A stretch of 64,000 nt of DNA from Halobacteriovoraceae bacterium. Lineage in GTDB: Bacteria > Bdellovibrionota > Bacteriovoracia > Bacteriovoracales > Bacteriovoracaceae. The stretch covers positions 160,001 to 224,000 of the forward strand of contig CAVRCF010000004.1 of NCBI GenBank assembly GCA_963719505.1, read 5' to 3'. The position numbers and the translations under genes were made by a program. The notes under the pieces are model-generated. The model worked only from the letters and a program-made list of their open reading frames with translations, was not told the DNA's origin and made no database searches. Numbering within the stretch: the first letter of the stretch is position 1; each line of letters opens with the position of its first letter. Shown piece after piece: positions 30,223 to 40,505 of the stretch.

Positions 30223-31353
30223 TTGAAAGTATTTTTATTTCTAATCATTTTAAACTTAGTTGCCTGTAGCACGATGGAAAAAGTGCAAGATAGCTTGTCA
30301 AAACTAGAGGCACCAAAGAGAGAGGTTAGTGCCTTTCGTATGGCCTGGAATAAAAATCTTGATCCTCCTTACAATACAGGTAATTTACCAATTGGAACTT
30401 CCTCTCCTTTTATTTACCAAGACCTCCTTTATATGGGAGATCTTACAGGAATGATGAGAGCTTATGATATTGAAACGGGTAAGGTTGTTTGGCAGATGCA
30501 AGAGACAGAAGCTCTTAATGCCAAAGCGTCTAATTTCAAAGACCACGTTATATATGGATCGATTAGCGGTAGACTCTACTCTCGACATTTTTTAACGGGA
30601 AAGCTTAAGTACGCTATTGACCTTGGAGCACCCATCGAGTCTGAGCCTGTTCTTTCAGATGGGCGCCTTTATATTCATTTGAGAAATCACAAAATAATGT
30701 CTTTAGACGCAGAGACTGGAAAGATCATTTGGGGATACAAAAGAAGTGTTCCTTATGTTACGACTCTTCACCGAAGTTCAAAAGTTCTTCCCCTGGGAAA
30801 CAAACTCATCGTAGGTTTTGCTGATGGAAATATCGTGGCCGTTTCTAAGCCTGAAGGTATTGTGGTTTGGGAGCAAAAAATTTCTGATGGTGTTAAGTTT
30901 GTCGATGTCGATGCCGCGCCATTATTCTTCAACGGTTATATCGTCGCTGGTAGCGCTAATGATAAGTTGAGATTCATTGATCCTTCCAATGGGATAATCA
31001 AAAGAACAATAAATGTGGTTATTGGTCATCAGCCTATCGTCTTCCAAGAAGACCTGATTGTTGGAACAATCTACGGCGAGATCTATAGAATTGATGGAGA
31101 AGGTAAAATTATCGCTAAAACGAAATTGTCTAATAACGGAATAAGCTCGATCGCGAAATGGAAGAATGGATTTGTTGTTGCTACGATGGGGACTGATCTT
31201 TTCTTCGTTGATCAATCGACGCTTCAACCAGTGGAAAACTTCAAGCTTGGTCATGATCAGTCAGCGATTTTTGGTTTCTTACAACAAAAGTCTGACTATC
31301 TGGCAACATACTCATCAAGAAATAGATTATATGTTTTTAAAAATATCAAGTAA
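30223..31353 (+). CDS. BamB-like PQQ beta-propeller lipoprotein
   Basis: Lipobox LVAC after probable TTG start; repeated (A/S)xDxxTGxxxW motifs; DVDAAP. Confidence 0.75.
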   Translation: MKVFLFLIILNLVACSTMEKVQDSLSKLEAPKREVSAFRMAWNKNLDPPYNTGNLPIGTSSPFIYQDLLYMGDLTGMMRAYDIETGKVVWQMQETEALNAKASNFKDHVIYGSISGRLYSRHFLTGKLKYAIDLGAPIESEPVLSDGRLYIHLRNHKIMSLDAETGKIIWGYKRSVPYVTTLHRSSKVLPLGNKLIVGFADGNIVAVSKPEGIVVWEQKISDGVKFVDVDAAPLFFNGYIVAGSANDKLRFIDPSNGIIKRTINVVIGHQPIVFQEDLIVGTIYGEIYRIDGEGKIIAKTKLSNNGISSIAKWKNGFVVATMGTDLFFVDQSTLQPVENFKLGHDQSAIFGFLQQKSDYLATYSSRNRLYVFKNIK

Positions 31354-31474
31354 AAACGGATGCTTAGGATAGTTTATGTGCGCTGCACTGTAAAATATAA
31401 TCACTGTCTTACATTTACTTCTCTGAAGACTTACTTTGTTGTAATGTCTTTGAAAACAATTACCAAGGACTCAT

Positions 31475-32815
31475 ATGAAAAATCTTAAAATGTCTCTTCT
31501 TTCAGGTTTACTGATCTCCAGTGCTGCAATGGCAGGGATGGGGAAATTTAGCGAAGAAATGTACGTGACGGGAACAAATAAAGATCTAGTAAAAATAATT
31601 GAAACGCATCCTGAACTAATTTTAGACCATATGGACTCAAATGGTTTTGAGCTTTATGGACCTAAAGGGACGAAGAAATGGTTAGACTCAATGGGTGTTG
31701 ATCATTCTGAGCTTTCTCTTCATGGCCATGGAGATAAGTCTCAAGATCTTTTTGCTGACTACCCAACTTTTCAACAGATCGAAACTTTCTTAAAGAAAAT
31801 GGCTACTGACTATCCATCGATCGCTAAGCTTGAATCTATTGGTAAATCAGTTCAGGGGAGAGATCTTTGGGTTTTAAAGATCTCAGACAATGTTTCTGTA
31901 GACGAAGTTGAGCCTGAGTTTAAATATATCTCAAGCATGCATGGAAATGAAATTACTGGAAGAGAGTTAACTCAATTTCTTATTAAAGATCTTCTAGAAG
32001 GATATGGAAAAGATAAAAGAATAACGGACCTGATCAATAACACAGAAATTTATATTATGCCTTCAATGAACCCAGACGGTTCAAAAAATAGAAGAAGAGA
32101 AAATGCAAATAGAGTTGATCTCAATAGAAATTTTCCTAATTGGAATTCAAAAAATAGTTCAACTCGTGGACGTGAGGTTGAGACGATAGCTGTTATGGAC
32201 TTTCAAGCGAAAAGACAATTTGCTCTTTCTGCCAACTTTCACGGTGGTGCGGTTTGTGTTAACTACCCATGGGACTCGACTAAAGTACGTCACCCACTAG
32301 ATGGTCTCTTAATCGATTTTTCTACACGTTACTCTCAGCCCAACCGCCCAATGTACTCTTCAAGAGAGTTCAAAAATGGGATCACAAACGGAGCTGATTG
32401 GTATGTTGTTAAAGGTGGGATGCAAGATTGGTCTTACGTTTTTCACAACGACCTTCAGGTTACTGTCGAGTTAAGTGATGACAAGTGGCCAAGGTACTCT
32501 GAAATACTGAGCTTCTATCAAGACAATAAAGAGTCAATGCTTGTTTACGCAGAGGCAATTCACCAAGGCGCAGGCTTTAAATCTGCAGATAAAAAGCCTG
32601 GTACTGTGAAGATATCTCAAATTATTGGATCTCAAAAATTTGATAAAGGAAGCTTTGGCTTCAGAGGTGGAGAGTTCTATAAAGTTCTTCCTGAAGGTGA
32701 GTACGAATTTGAAGTCATTCAAAAAAAGGGATTCTTTAGTAAGAAATCAACAACTTTCACGACAACAGTAGACGCAGATGTAATGGCACCAAACGGAAAC
32801 TACACTCAAATATAA
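31475..32815 (+). CDS. Secreted M14 zinc carboxypeptidase, N/E (CPD-like) subfamily
   Basis: EPEFKY..MHGNE, MNPDG, DLNRNFP, SANFHGG, GITNGA.WY...GGMQD. Confidence 0.92.
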   Translation: MKNLKMSLLSGLLISSAAMAGMGKFSEEMYVTGTNKDLVKIIETHPELILDHMDSNGFELYGPKGTKKWLDSMGVDHSELSLHGHGDKSQDLFADYPTFQQIETFLKKMATDYPSIAKLESIGKSVQGRDLWVLKISDNVSVDEVEPEFKYISSMHGNEITGRELTQFLIKDLLEGYGKDKRITDLINNTEIYIMPSMNPDGSKNRRRENANRVDLNRNFPNWNSKNSSTRGREVETIAVMDFQAKRQFALSANFHGGAVCVNYPWDSTKVRHPLDGLLIDFSTRYSQPNRPMYSSREFKNGITNGADWYVVKGGMQDWSYVFHNDLQVTVELSDDKWPRYSEILSFYQDNKESMLVYAEAIHQGAGFKSADKKPGTVKISQIIGSQKFDKGSFGFRGGEFYKVLPEGEYEFEVIQKKGFFSKKSTTFTTTVDADVMAPNGNYTQI

Positions 32816-32833
32816 TCAGTAACTTATAATACT

Positions 32834-32865
32834 AAAGCCCACTTTATTAAAGTGGGCTTTTTTTT
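32834..32865 (+). terminator. Intrinsic terminator
   Basis: AAAGCCCACTTT-ATT-AAAGTGGGCTTT plus T-run. Confidence 0.88.
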
Positions 32866-32909
32866 GTCAAAAATTGAAGTTTTAGGCCTTAAAAACCGAC
32901 AAAGATACT

Positions 32910-34274
32910 GTGAAGATTTTAATTTTAGCTATATTTGCATTTAATGCTGTTGCTGACACATGCAACTTTCCTTTTTTTAAAAAGTACTCTGTTCGCTCGA
33001 GCAAAGAAGTAAAGCATCTCAATACGGCTTATAAGTTGGATTCACTAACTAAAAAACTCAAAAGCTACAATAAATCACTGCAAGATATTGAAGTCGACTT
33101 AATGAGAGGTGATACCACCACGGCTTTAAATAAATGGACCTATCCTTTCAAAAAAGTTGAAACAAGCTATATTGAGATCACTAATCATAGAAAGATGATT
33201 GATGCTCTAGAGGACTTTGATTCCCAAGGTCTCTCTTTTGGTCAATTTTTAACCCAAAAAAATATACCAAAATATCTTATCGATAAACACGCCTTAGACT
33301 TTCAAAACTCATCTGTTAATGACTATCTTAAAGTACTCAAAAAAGATCTTGATAGGCACTCAAAGACTTTGGGAAATAATATAGATACTTATCTTGGAGC
33401 AAAAGCCAAATTAAACTCTCTCAAAAATTCTCAAGCTTGTTCTCAAAGTTGTCAGGATGCTGTGGCAAAGGTTTTAAAAGAAACAAGCATAACGAGTAAC
33501 CAGTTTCGTGAACAACTGAGGCAAAGAATAGGCTCTCGCAGGTCAATTGACTCTGAAGATGTAAAAAGACTTTTAGAAACAGATGCAAAAGCCTTTTTAG
33601 TTTCAAAGAGAAAGGTCTTTATTACGGATATGGCCAAAAGACTTAAGTCTCTTTTTAATAATAGATATATTATGCAGGCTTTATTTATGACGGGGAAATT
33701 TAGCACTCTTGGAAAGACAAAGCTTCTTCTTCGTCTTTTTAATAGGGGATTTAATCATAGATACTTTAAACTCCACCGGCCTCTGTTAACAAAAGTGGGT
33801 TACTCTGACCTCTCGCCGGCGAATAAAATTAAAATGCTACAAAAAGAAATTGGTGAGTTAGATCTAGATGACGTGCTGGTTGATTTTTCTAGGGCCAGTG
33901 ATGGAAGGATTCAAAAATCTTTTGAAGACATCCTCCAACATATTGAAGGTAAACCTATATTCGCACCTTTGCACAAACGTGTTGTGGAAGCTCAAAAATT
34001 AGGCGCCAAACTTGGAAAGATATCGAGAACGAGTCCACGAAACTATGATTGGTTAGTTGGCTCAATAATTGTCGGTGGAGCAGCTTTAACCTATTTAAGC
34101 TTTGATACTGAGACAACAGAAGTTACACCAGCAGATCCGATGGATCCCAATCAAAATGAAGATCCAGATATTATTGAGATTGAATTTGATTCCGACGAAG
34201 ACACTCAGCTAATACAAGATTTTATCGATGCTAATGAAGATTTAAACATACTAGAATCTGCCGCTGTGCAATAA
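32910..34274 (+). CDS. Hypothetical exported helical protein with C-terminal TM and acidic tail
   Basis: Signal peptide MKILILAIFAFNAVA; TM WLVGSIIVGGAALTYL. Confidence 0.65.
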   Translation: MKILILAIFAFNAVADTCNFPFFKKYSVRSSKEVKHLNTAYKLDSLTKKLKSYNKSLQDIEVDLMRGDTTTALNKWTYPFKKVETSYIEITNHRKMIDALEDFDSQGLSFGQFLTQKNIPKYLIDKHALDFQNSSVNDYLKVLKKDLDRHSKTLGNNIDTYLGAKAKLNSLKNSQACSQSCQDAVAKVLKETSITSNQFREQLRQRIGSRRSIDSEDVKRLLETDAKAFLVSKRKVFITDMAKRLKSLFNNRYIMQALFMTGKFSTLGKTKLLLRLFNRGFNHRYFKLHRPLLTKVGYSDLSPANKIKMLQKEIGELDLDDVLVDFSRASDGRIQKSFEDILQHIEGKPIFAPLHKRVVEAQKLGAKLGKISRTSPRNYDWLVGSIIVGGAALTYLSFDTETTEVTPADPMDPNQNEDPDIIEIEFDSDEDTQLIQDFIDANEDLNILESAAVQ

Positions 34275-34279
34275 CTGTT

Positions 34280-34306
34280 TAAAGATTTCTTCTCACTCGC
34301 CGATAG
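34280..34306 (+). promoter_or_regulatory. Sigma28 (FliA)-type promoter
   Basis: TAAA-N15-GCCGATAG upstream of an AGGAG RBS and ATG 34331. Confidence 0.7.
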
Positions 34307-34330
34307 CGTATGTGTACAGAAGGAGACGCG

Positions 34331-35161
34331 ATGAAACGGATTTTAACTATCAGCACACTTACTTTATTAGCATCATGTGGGAGCTATCAATTGAGCTCAA
34401 TTGATGGAGTTGAGCGGGTAAAAATAAATCAAGATAGCTACTCTAAACCTCAGTTCTACGTAAAAAAGTTCAAGCCAACAAAAGCGAGTCGATCTATTGC
34501 TAGCGTCGATACAGGCCTTTCATTATCTAATAAAAAAGCGTACTTTCTAAGTTTATACAAGCAGTATGAACAATTTAACCAAATAACGAATGTTGAAGAT
34601 AAAATAAATTCATGCCCTCAGTTTCATAATGATCTTCTCACCTATGAAAGTGATTTATCTGGTGAGAACATTTCAAAAATTAATTTGGACTTTAGTGAAG
34701 TACTCATCGATAAAACAGCGGTAACTTCTTATCCAGTTCTCAGTCTTCCGTATGAGGGGACTGACCTCTATTCATATATTCAACACAATAAGGCGTGGAG
34801 TCAGTCAAAACAGATTGCCCTCAGTGCTCTTAAGTCCTATACGAAAGGTATAAAGAGAGAAATAGAGACGATGTGTGAGTTTGGAAATAGCAATGATTAC
34901 TATATTTATGAAAACATGATTTCTTATTATCGAAATAATCAAGACTTTATCTATTCATACCAAGCGTTACCTTCGGTTCTTAAAGTATCGCCAGTGGCAA
35001 ATATTTTTCTATTAGAGTCATTAAAGACCACTCCACAGAGTATTTCTGTTTTTGAGAGTAAATTGATGACCCAAATGAATATTCCTTGGTTTAAAAACTA
35101 CCTTTACGAAGTCAGTTTAATACGAAACAATAAGAGTAAGCGATTCGTATTAAAGGATTAA
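34331..35161 (+). CDS. Hypothetical lipoprotein
   Basis: Lipobox LASC; RSIAS motif. Confidence 0.7.
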   Translation: MKRILTISTLTLLASCGSYQLSSIDGVERVKINQDSYSKPQFYVKKFKPTKASRSIASVDTGLSLSNKKAYFLSLYKQYEQFNQITNVEDKINSCPQFHNDLLTYESDLSGENISKINLDFSEVLIDKTAVTSYPVLSLPYEGTDLYSYIQHNKAWSQSKQIALSALKSYTKGIKREIETMCEFGNSNDYYIYENMISYYRNNQDFIYSYQALPSVLKVSPVANIFLLESLKTTPQSISVFESKLMTQMNIPWFKNYLYEVSLIRNNKSKRFVLKD

Positions 35162-35165
35162 CGTT

Positions 35166-35849
35166 ATGTTTAAATTCTCTACTAATATGGCCATCGTAAT
35201 GATGGCTTTTTTTATTTCTTGTGGTCAGGTGGAAGAGCCTGGTAATTCTAAAGCCGTTGGTGGCATTTATTCTCTTGAAAATAGTGAACCCATCAAAGAT
35301 GCAGAACAAAATCTTATCAAGGAAACTTGTAGCCTGCTAAAAGATAAGAAAAGACAGATGAAGTCCGTTGCAAATAATAACCAAAATAGTTTTCAGTTTA
35401 AAGCCAAAAAAGAAGAATGCTCCAGTGCAGGCTTTGACTTTAATTATGCTGTTACAGTTAGAAATACTGGAAATGGCTTCGCTTTTAACCCTCTAGCAAT
35501 TGGTACCTTTGAAGGTTTTAGAGAAATTATTTTTGATGACTACGAGGGCCTAAATGACTTTTGCATTCAAGCCGATGCGGACTCCTTAAGTGAAAGAGAG
35601 GTCATTAACGGCAAGAACCTAACTTCAATTTCTGCCTCAATTTCAAGTGGTAATAAGTTAATCTCTTTGACCTATGCTAGAAAAGAAAGTGGCGATCTTT
35701 ATCGAGTTAGCTCTAATGAGAGCTTTCTTATCGTTAACGAGTATAAAGGACTCTACGGATTAGTTGTAAGAAGAACGACTTCTGATTCTTTAGGTTGTCA
35801 AAGTGGATCAAGAAAAAAATTCGCCGAATTAGTGGGTATTGATTTTTAA
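35166..35849 (+). CDS. Hypothetical lipoprotein
   Basis: Lipobox FISC. Confidence 0.7.
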   Translation: MFKFSTNMAIVMMAFFISCGQVEEPGNSKAVGGIYSLENSEPIKDAEQNLIKETCSLLKDKKRQMKSVANNNQNSFQFKAKKEECSSAGFDFNYAVTVRNTGNGFAFNPLAIGTFEGFREIIFDDYEGLNDFCIQADADSLSEREVINGKNLTSISASISSGNKLISLTYARKESGDLYRVSSNESFLIVNEYKGLYGLVVRRTTSDSLGCQSGSRKKFAELVGIDF

Positions 35850-36932
35850 TTCGAAGACATCTCCGAATTCGGCTTTCACTTTATCTTGAATGATTTTAAT
35901 TTCATTAGGATCGAATTTCTCAATACCTTCTAGAGCACCTATCACTGAACCTATGAGCTGGGCATACGAGTCTGTATCGTGACCAAAATCTCTTGCGAGG
36001 GCGAATGCGGCCATGGGGTTGTTATTCTGATAAGCCATTTCTAAAAAAGCCAGACTTACCACAAAACTTGTTTTTGCTTCCCACCAGGTTTTCGCTTGTA
36101 GGTTCTCCTCTAGACTTTTGAAAAGATTTTTGGGCACACCTTTAGATCTTGTTACAAGATCTTCAGCTAGTTTTAAACTTTGAGATATTTCTCTTTCTAG
36201 ATAAGGTATATTTGAATACTGATAGGGATCAGTTTTGCGTAAAGTCTTCTTAAATCCTTCCCATGATGACCTCTCAGATAAAGCGTAGCTAAGTCCAGCA
36301 ATGATGGAACTGGTGTAGTCTTTTGCTACTCCTTGATCGATAAAATTAATTTTATATGAATGTTTGTAAGCGCTAATAGGATCATTGATAAAACTCAATG
36401 CTTCAAAGAGAAAAATCATCTGACCGGCTTGGGTTGGCAATCCTCCCCATAGTCTTTCCAGAGGCATAGATAATGGATGACTGCTATCTTGAATAAACCA
36501 CGCTGATCTCACATATTGATCGAGCCACTGCTTGTACATACCAGTTCTTTTTTTATGGAATGAGATATATGATTTTGCTAAGGAATCTTTTGTCACTTGA
36601 GTCTTTTCTCGCGCATCCCAGTAAATTATTTTATGTCTTGAATCGTCGGTAATTGTTCCGGCTTTTGCATAGTCAACCCAAGCCCCATAGGGTGAGGCTT
36701 TCATAGGATAATCGATGAGTTTTATTGACTCAGATAAATCTTTCCACTGATCAGATGATAACTTTTTATTTGCCGCTATAAGAGGGTGAAGGTTAACGGG
36801 TCTAAACTCATAGGGTCCACCAAAGCTATCACCATATAAAGAGCCCCATATAAGGCCTGTCTCTTTGGAGGATTGAGCGACTAGGTCGCTAGTTGATATC
36901 AATATAGCGCAACTTAGAGTCAGTTTTAGCAT
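35829..36932 (-). CDS. ADP-ribosylglycohydrolase family protein, probably exported
   Basis: GDSFGGPYE, TDDS, GHDTDS..Q..GSVIGA; hydrophobic N-terminus from ATG 36932 (start uncertain). Confidence 0.82.
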   Translation of the reverse strand: MLKLTLSCAILISTSDLVAQSSKETGLIWGSLYGDSFGGPYEFRPVNLHPLIAANKKLSSDQWKDLSESIKLIDYPMKASPYGAWVDYAKAGTITDDSRHKIIYWDAREKTQVTKDSLAKSYISFHKKRTGMYKQWLDQYVRSAWFIQDSSHPLSMPLERLWGGLPTQAGQMIFLFEALSFINDPISAYKHSYKINFIDQGVAKDYTSSIIAGLSYALSERSSWEGFKKTLRKTDPYQYSNIPYLEREISQSLKLAEDLVTRSKGVPKNLFKSLEENLQAKTWWEAKTSFVVSLAFLEMAYQNNNPMAAFALARDFGHDTDSYAQLIGSVIGALEGIEKFDPNEIKIIQDKVKAEFGDVFELKINTH

Positions 36933-37827
36933 AAAGCTTAATTTCTTTTTCAAAGGTTTCTCCGTGAAAATATTTAAATCTATGGCCCTTGTATTCAAGC
37001 ATTGTTTCATAGAAGTTTCCTAAATTAATTGTACTTAAGCATTTTACCTCAAAAGATAAATCTTCTTTAGTGGTGCTCAATTTTGATGTCGGTATAAAGA
37101 AGTCGTCCTCTAATAATGCACTATTAAAGAATGAACTAACTTCTTTTGGAATTGGTGAGCTTTGCAGCTCAAAAGGCGAGAAGCTATAGCTGCACTCTTG
37201 ACCTAGAAAGAGTATTTTTTGGCTGTAGGAGAGCGCTTCTTTTAGGTCGTGTGTAATTTGAATACAAATAGTCTTGTATTCTTCAACTAATAATGAAACC
37301 AGAGCATTGAGTTCAAACTTTATCTTTTCATCTAAAGCCGAAAATGGCTCGTCCAAAAGGAGTATCTTTGGCTTTAAGATAAGTGTCCTTGCAAGGGCCA
37401 CTCTTTGCCTTTGTCCACCGGAGAGCTCATGGATCCTTCTTTTTGAAAATCCCTCAAGCCCAACTTTACGAAGAAGTTCAATTGCTTCATTCTTTTGATC
37501 AAGCCCTAAAAATTTTTGTTTATTGTATTTGGTATTTAAAGGGAAAATTATGTTTTCAATAACATTGAGGTGGTCGAAAAGAGAGTCCTCTTGAAACATT
37601 ATTGAAAGAGGTCTTTGCCCAAGGGGATACTGTGAGAGATCTTCCTCACTTAATAAAATTGTTTTTGGATCAGTTTTTAGTTCACCGGAGATAAGCTTTA
37701 AAAGAGTCGTTTTCCCCACACCAGAATGCCCCACGATGGCGCTTCTTTCGCCTTTTTTAAATGACTGTGAAAGATTTGAAAAGAGAGGTTTCTCGTAAGA
37801 GAAGCTAAGATTATTTATCTTTAACAT
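36889..37827 (-). CDS. ABC transporter ATP-binding protein
   Basis: GHSGVGKT, LSGGQRQR, LLDEPFSALD. Confidence 0.95.
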   Translation of the reverse strand: MLKINNLSFSYEKPLFSNLSQSFKKGERSAIVGHSGVGKTTLLKLISGELKTDPKTILLSEEDLSQYPLGQRPLSIMFQEDSLFDHLNVIENIIFPLNTKYNKQKFLGLDQKNEAIELLRKVGLEGFSKRRIHELSGGQRQRVALARTLILKPKILLLDEPFSALDEKIKFELNALVSLLVEEYKTICIQITHDLKEALSYSQKILFLGQECSYSFSPFELQSSPIPKEVSSFFNSALLEDDFFIPTSKLSTTKEDLSFEVKCLSTINLGNFYETMLEYKGHRFKYFHGETFEKEIKLYAKTDSKLRYIDIN

Positions 37828-38575
37828 TTGATCTCCATTTAAATGATTTTTTTAGTAAGAGGTAAAAGATTATCAGCGGCAAAGTGTAGATCGCAATAAT
37901 CATTGTGGTCGTGACTCTATTATCAGATTGCATAAGAGGGTAAAGAATAACGGACAGTGTTTTAATTTGAAAATCTCCAAGGAGAAAGCTAATAATATAG
38001 TCATTAAAACTCCCCACGAAGACAAAAAAAGATCCTTGAATCAATGGCAACATGATCCTTGGAATAGTGACTTTATAAAAAGCTTCAATCTTTGAGGCGC
38101 CAAAGCTTGTGGCCGTAATCTCTGGTTTAAATCCTTCTGATGAAAGATAATCTTCAATAGGCTTGAGCATATAAGGATAGAGAACACAGCACTGGGCCAG
38201 CGCAATCCCATACACACTCCCTATGAGATTCATTTGATACATGAGTTCATAAAGACCTATAGAAGGGAGTAAAAGAGGTGCTAAAATAGGTATATAAAGG
38301 AGAGTTGAAAGAATAAATTTCGTTCTACCTTTTAGCTTCGCTAAAAAAAGAGAAGTGGGAAGACAAAAAAGAATACTAAAAAGAATACAGATAAAAGCAA
38401 TCTGAATTGATGTCACAAAGGAGGAAGTGATCTGGGTAAAATTAATATATTTAAAAGCTTGAGAAAAAGAGATACTTTCTGGAATGATTTTGGGGTACGC
38501 AAGCCTGGGGGTTGATATCCATAGAAAAAGCTGCACAAATAAAAAGAGATATAAAACATTTAAACCCTTTTTCAT
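37811..38575 (-). CDS. ABC transporter permease
   Basis: Multiple TMs; EAA-like loop EITATSFGAS. Confidence 0.88.
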   Translation of the reverse strand: MKKGLNVLYLFLFVQLFLWISTPRLAYPKIIPESISFSQAFKYINFTQITSSFVTSIQIAFICILFSILFCLPTSLFLAKLKGRTKFILSTLLYIPILAPLLLPSIGLYELMYQMNLIGSVYGIALAQCCVLYPYMLKPIEDYLSSEGFKPEITATSFGASKIEAFYKVTIPRIMLPLIQGSFFVFVGSFNDYIISFLLGDFQIKTLSVILYPLMQSDNRVTTTMIIAIYTLPLIIFYLLLKKSFKWRSNVKDK

Positions 38576-39321
38576 TTAGAATATCTTTTCTTTAGAAGAC
38601 TAGAGAAGAAAATGGAGGTTATAAAAATCAGCAAAACTTGTGCTCCTGATACCAGATTATCTTCTTCGTTTATGCTTTGAAAATTTTCGACAATTGATAC
38701 TGAGGTAAACTTATTGAATCCATTACCAAGCAAAGCGGGAACCTCATAATTGCTAAGTGCAAAGGCGAAGATAATGATTGCTCCAGATACTATTGGACTC
38801 TTCATCATGGGAAGATATATTTTTGTAAACAGCTCTACTTTAGAGCCCCCGAGAGATTTTCCCGTGTGAAGGGCATTCTTTAGCTTCTGAGAGTGGGTAG
38901 AGAGTAAAATAAGGTAAATGAATGGAATTTCTTTGAGAACATAGTTTAAAATGATTCCAATTCCTAATCTGTCATTTAACAACCCCATGGGTGTATTGAA
39001 AACTCTTGATACGATTCCTTCGTCAGAAAAGAAGAGAAAGACTAAGTAGGCAAAAGCTATGTGAGGAAGAAGAACGACAATCTCAAAAATCTTATTTGAC
39101 TTATAATTTCCATAGTAGATGCCGGTAAAAGAGATTACCGAACCTAGTGTTATCGTGATGATAGTACTGATAAGGGAAACTGCGATAGAGAAGCCAATAT
39201 TAGAGTTCTCTACAAAGTTAAAAGTAAGAGACCCTATAAAAGGTGTCAAAAGAGAAGATGTTGCCAGTAGGAACAATCCAAAGGGACTAACAAAGATGGC
39301 CAAAATCTTCAATGCTTTCAT
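38572..39321 (-). CDS. ABC transporter permease
   Basis: KEIPF, SLGG loop, YEVPALLG; ATGA overlap with the SBP gene. Confidence 0.88.
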   Translation of the reverse strand: MKALKILAIFVSPFGLFLLATSSLLTPFIGSLTFNFVENSNIGFSIAVSLISTIITITLGSVISFTGIYYGNYKSNKIFEIVVLLPHIAFAYLVFLFFSDEGIVSRVFNTPMGLLNDRLGIGIILNYVLKEIPFIYLILLSTHSQKLKNALHTGKSLGGSKVELFTKIYLPMMKSPIVSGAIIIFAFALSNYEVPALLGNGFNKFTSVSIVENFQSINEEDNLVSGAQVLLIFITSIFFSSLLKKRYSK

Positions 39322-40505
39322 TGCGCTAGCACTTTTTGTTTCCACATCTTCTCTATAAAAGGAACGTACAGACTTGGAAGTTCTCCAACTTTTTTATCAC
39401 TTAGTTCTTCAAGGCTTAAGGTCGCTTTTCCAAGTTCAATATTTTCGAAAGTTTTTTTGTCATCTTTTGAGAGCTTTGATGGTGAAAGAATAGTGAAGTC
39501 TCCCCAATTTTTTGGATTGAGTTTACTTGCTTGAGCGGCTGGTGACATAAGGAAATTGGCCGTGACTAGTGCGGCAGACTTTTCAGGTGAGTTAAAGGGA
39601 ATACTTAAAAAATGGGTGTTTGATAGTGAGCCCTCATTGAGAACAAAAGTTTTCGTCTCTTTTGGAAAAACACCTTTGTCCACCATTCGTTGGGCCGTGG
39701 TTGGGTAGTAATCCATTGTTATCCATGTTTTTCCATCCGAAAAAAGAGTATGAAGCTTTGAGACGGACTCTGGATAGTATTCACCCTTCCTATACAGAGA
39801 AGGCTTTATGTCATTGAGAAAAGTCCAAAGAGGTTTTGATTTTAGATTGAATTCTTTTTTATTAAATTCTTTTTGAAGACTTTTGTAATTCTCTTTTGAA
39901 GTTAGATTCATAAACGTTTGCCGAATAAAAGCTGAGCCTGTGAAGTCCGGTGGTGATGAGTAAGTAAAGCGCCCTGGGTTTGAAAGTATCCATTTTTTTA
40001 ATTCATCAATTGATTTTGGTGCTTTATCAACTTTGGATGCATTGTAGATAAAGACCATTTGTGCTGATCCCCAAGGGCTCTCATGACCACCGTGGCGGAC
40101 ACCAAAGTCTAGATTAATGGCATCTGATTTTTCATCAAGTAGTTTTGTATTTGGAAGATCTTTTAAATACGATCTCCATGTAAGACCCTTGTCTTTCATT
40201 GTTTTAAAATTCTCACCATTGACCCATAAAAGATCTATTGATCCTTTCAATCTTTTTCTTTTCTTTTCTTTAAGTAACTTTTGAATCGCTATTTGGGTAT
40301 CTGTTAGAGGTATTCTTTCGATAGAGATATCGTATTTGTCTTTGAGTTGAGTTTTTACATAGGTGTCAAACCAATTATTGATATTCTCATTCCCACCCCA
40401 AAGCGCCACTCTTACTGTTTTTCCTTTTGCTTGAGAGAGATTTTCTTTCCAGTCCAAACCAAGTGCGCTCGTTACCATGAGTATGAAGACGATGATACCT
40501 CTCAT
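39318..40505 (-). CDS. ABC transporter substrate-binding protein, YnjB-like
   Basis: WGG, DLLWVNGENF, PPDFTGSAF, NTHFLSIPFN, ANFLMSP.AQ. Confidence 0.88.
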   Translation of the reverse strand: MRGIIVFILMVTSALGLDWKENLSQAKGKTVRVALWGGNENINNWFDTYVKTQLKDKYDISIERIPLTDTQIAIQKLLKEKKRKRLKGSIDLLWVNGENFKTMKDKGLTWRSYLKDLPNTKLLDEKSDAINLDFGVRHGGHESPWGSAQMVFIYNASKVDKAPKSIDELKKWILSNPGRFTYSSPPDFTGSAFIRQTFMNLTSKENYKSLQKEFNKKEFNLKSKPLWTFLNDIKPSLYRKGEYYPESVSKLHTLFSDGKTWITMDYYPTTAQRMVDKGVFPKETKTFVLNEGSLSNTHFLSIPFNSPEKSAALVTANFLMSPAAQASKLNPKNWGDFTILSPSKLSKDDKKTFENIELGKATLSLEELSDKKVGELPSLYVPFIEKMWKQKVLAQ

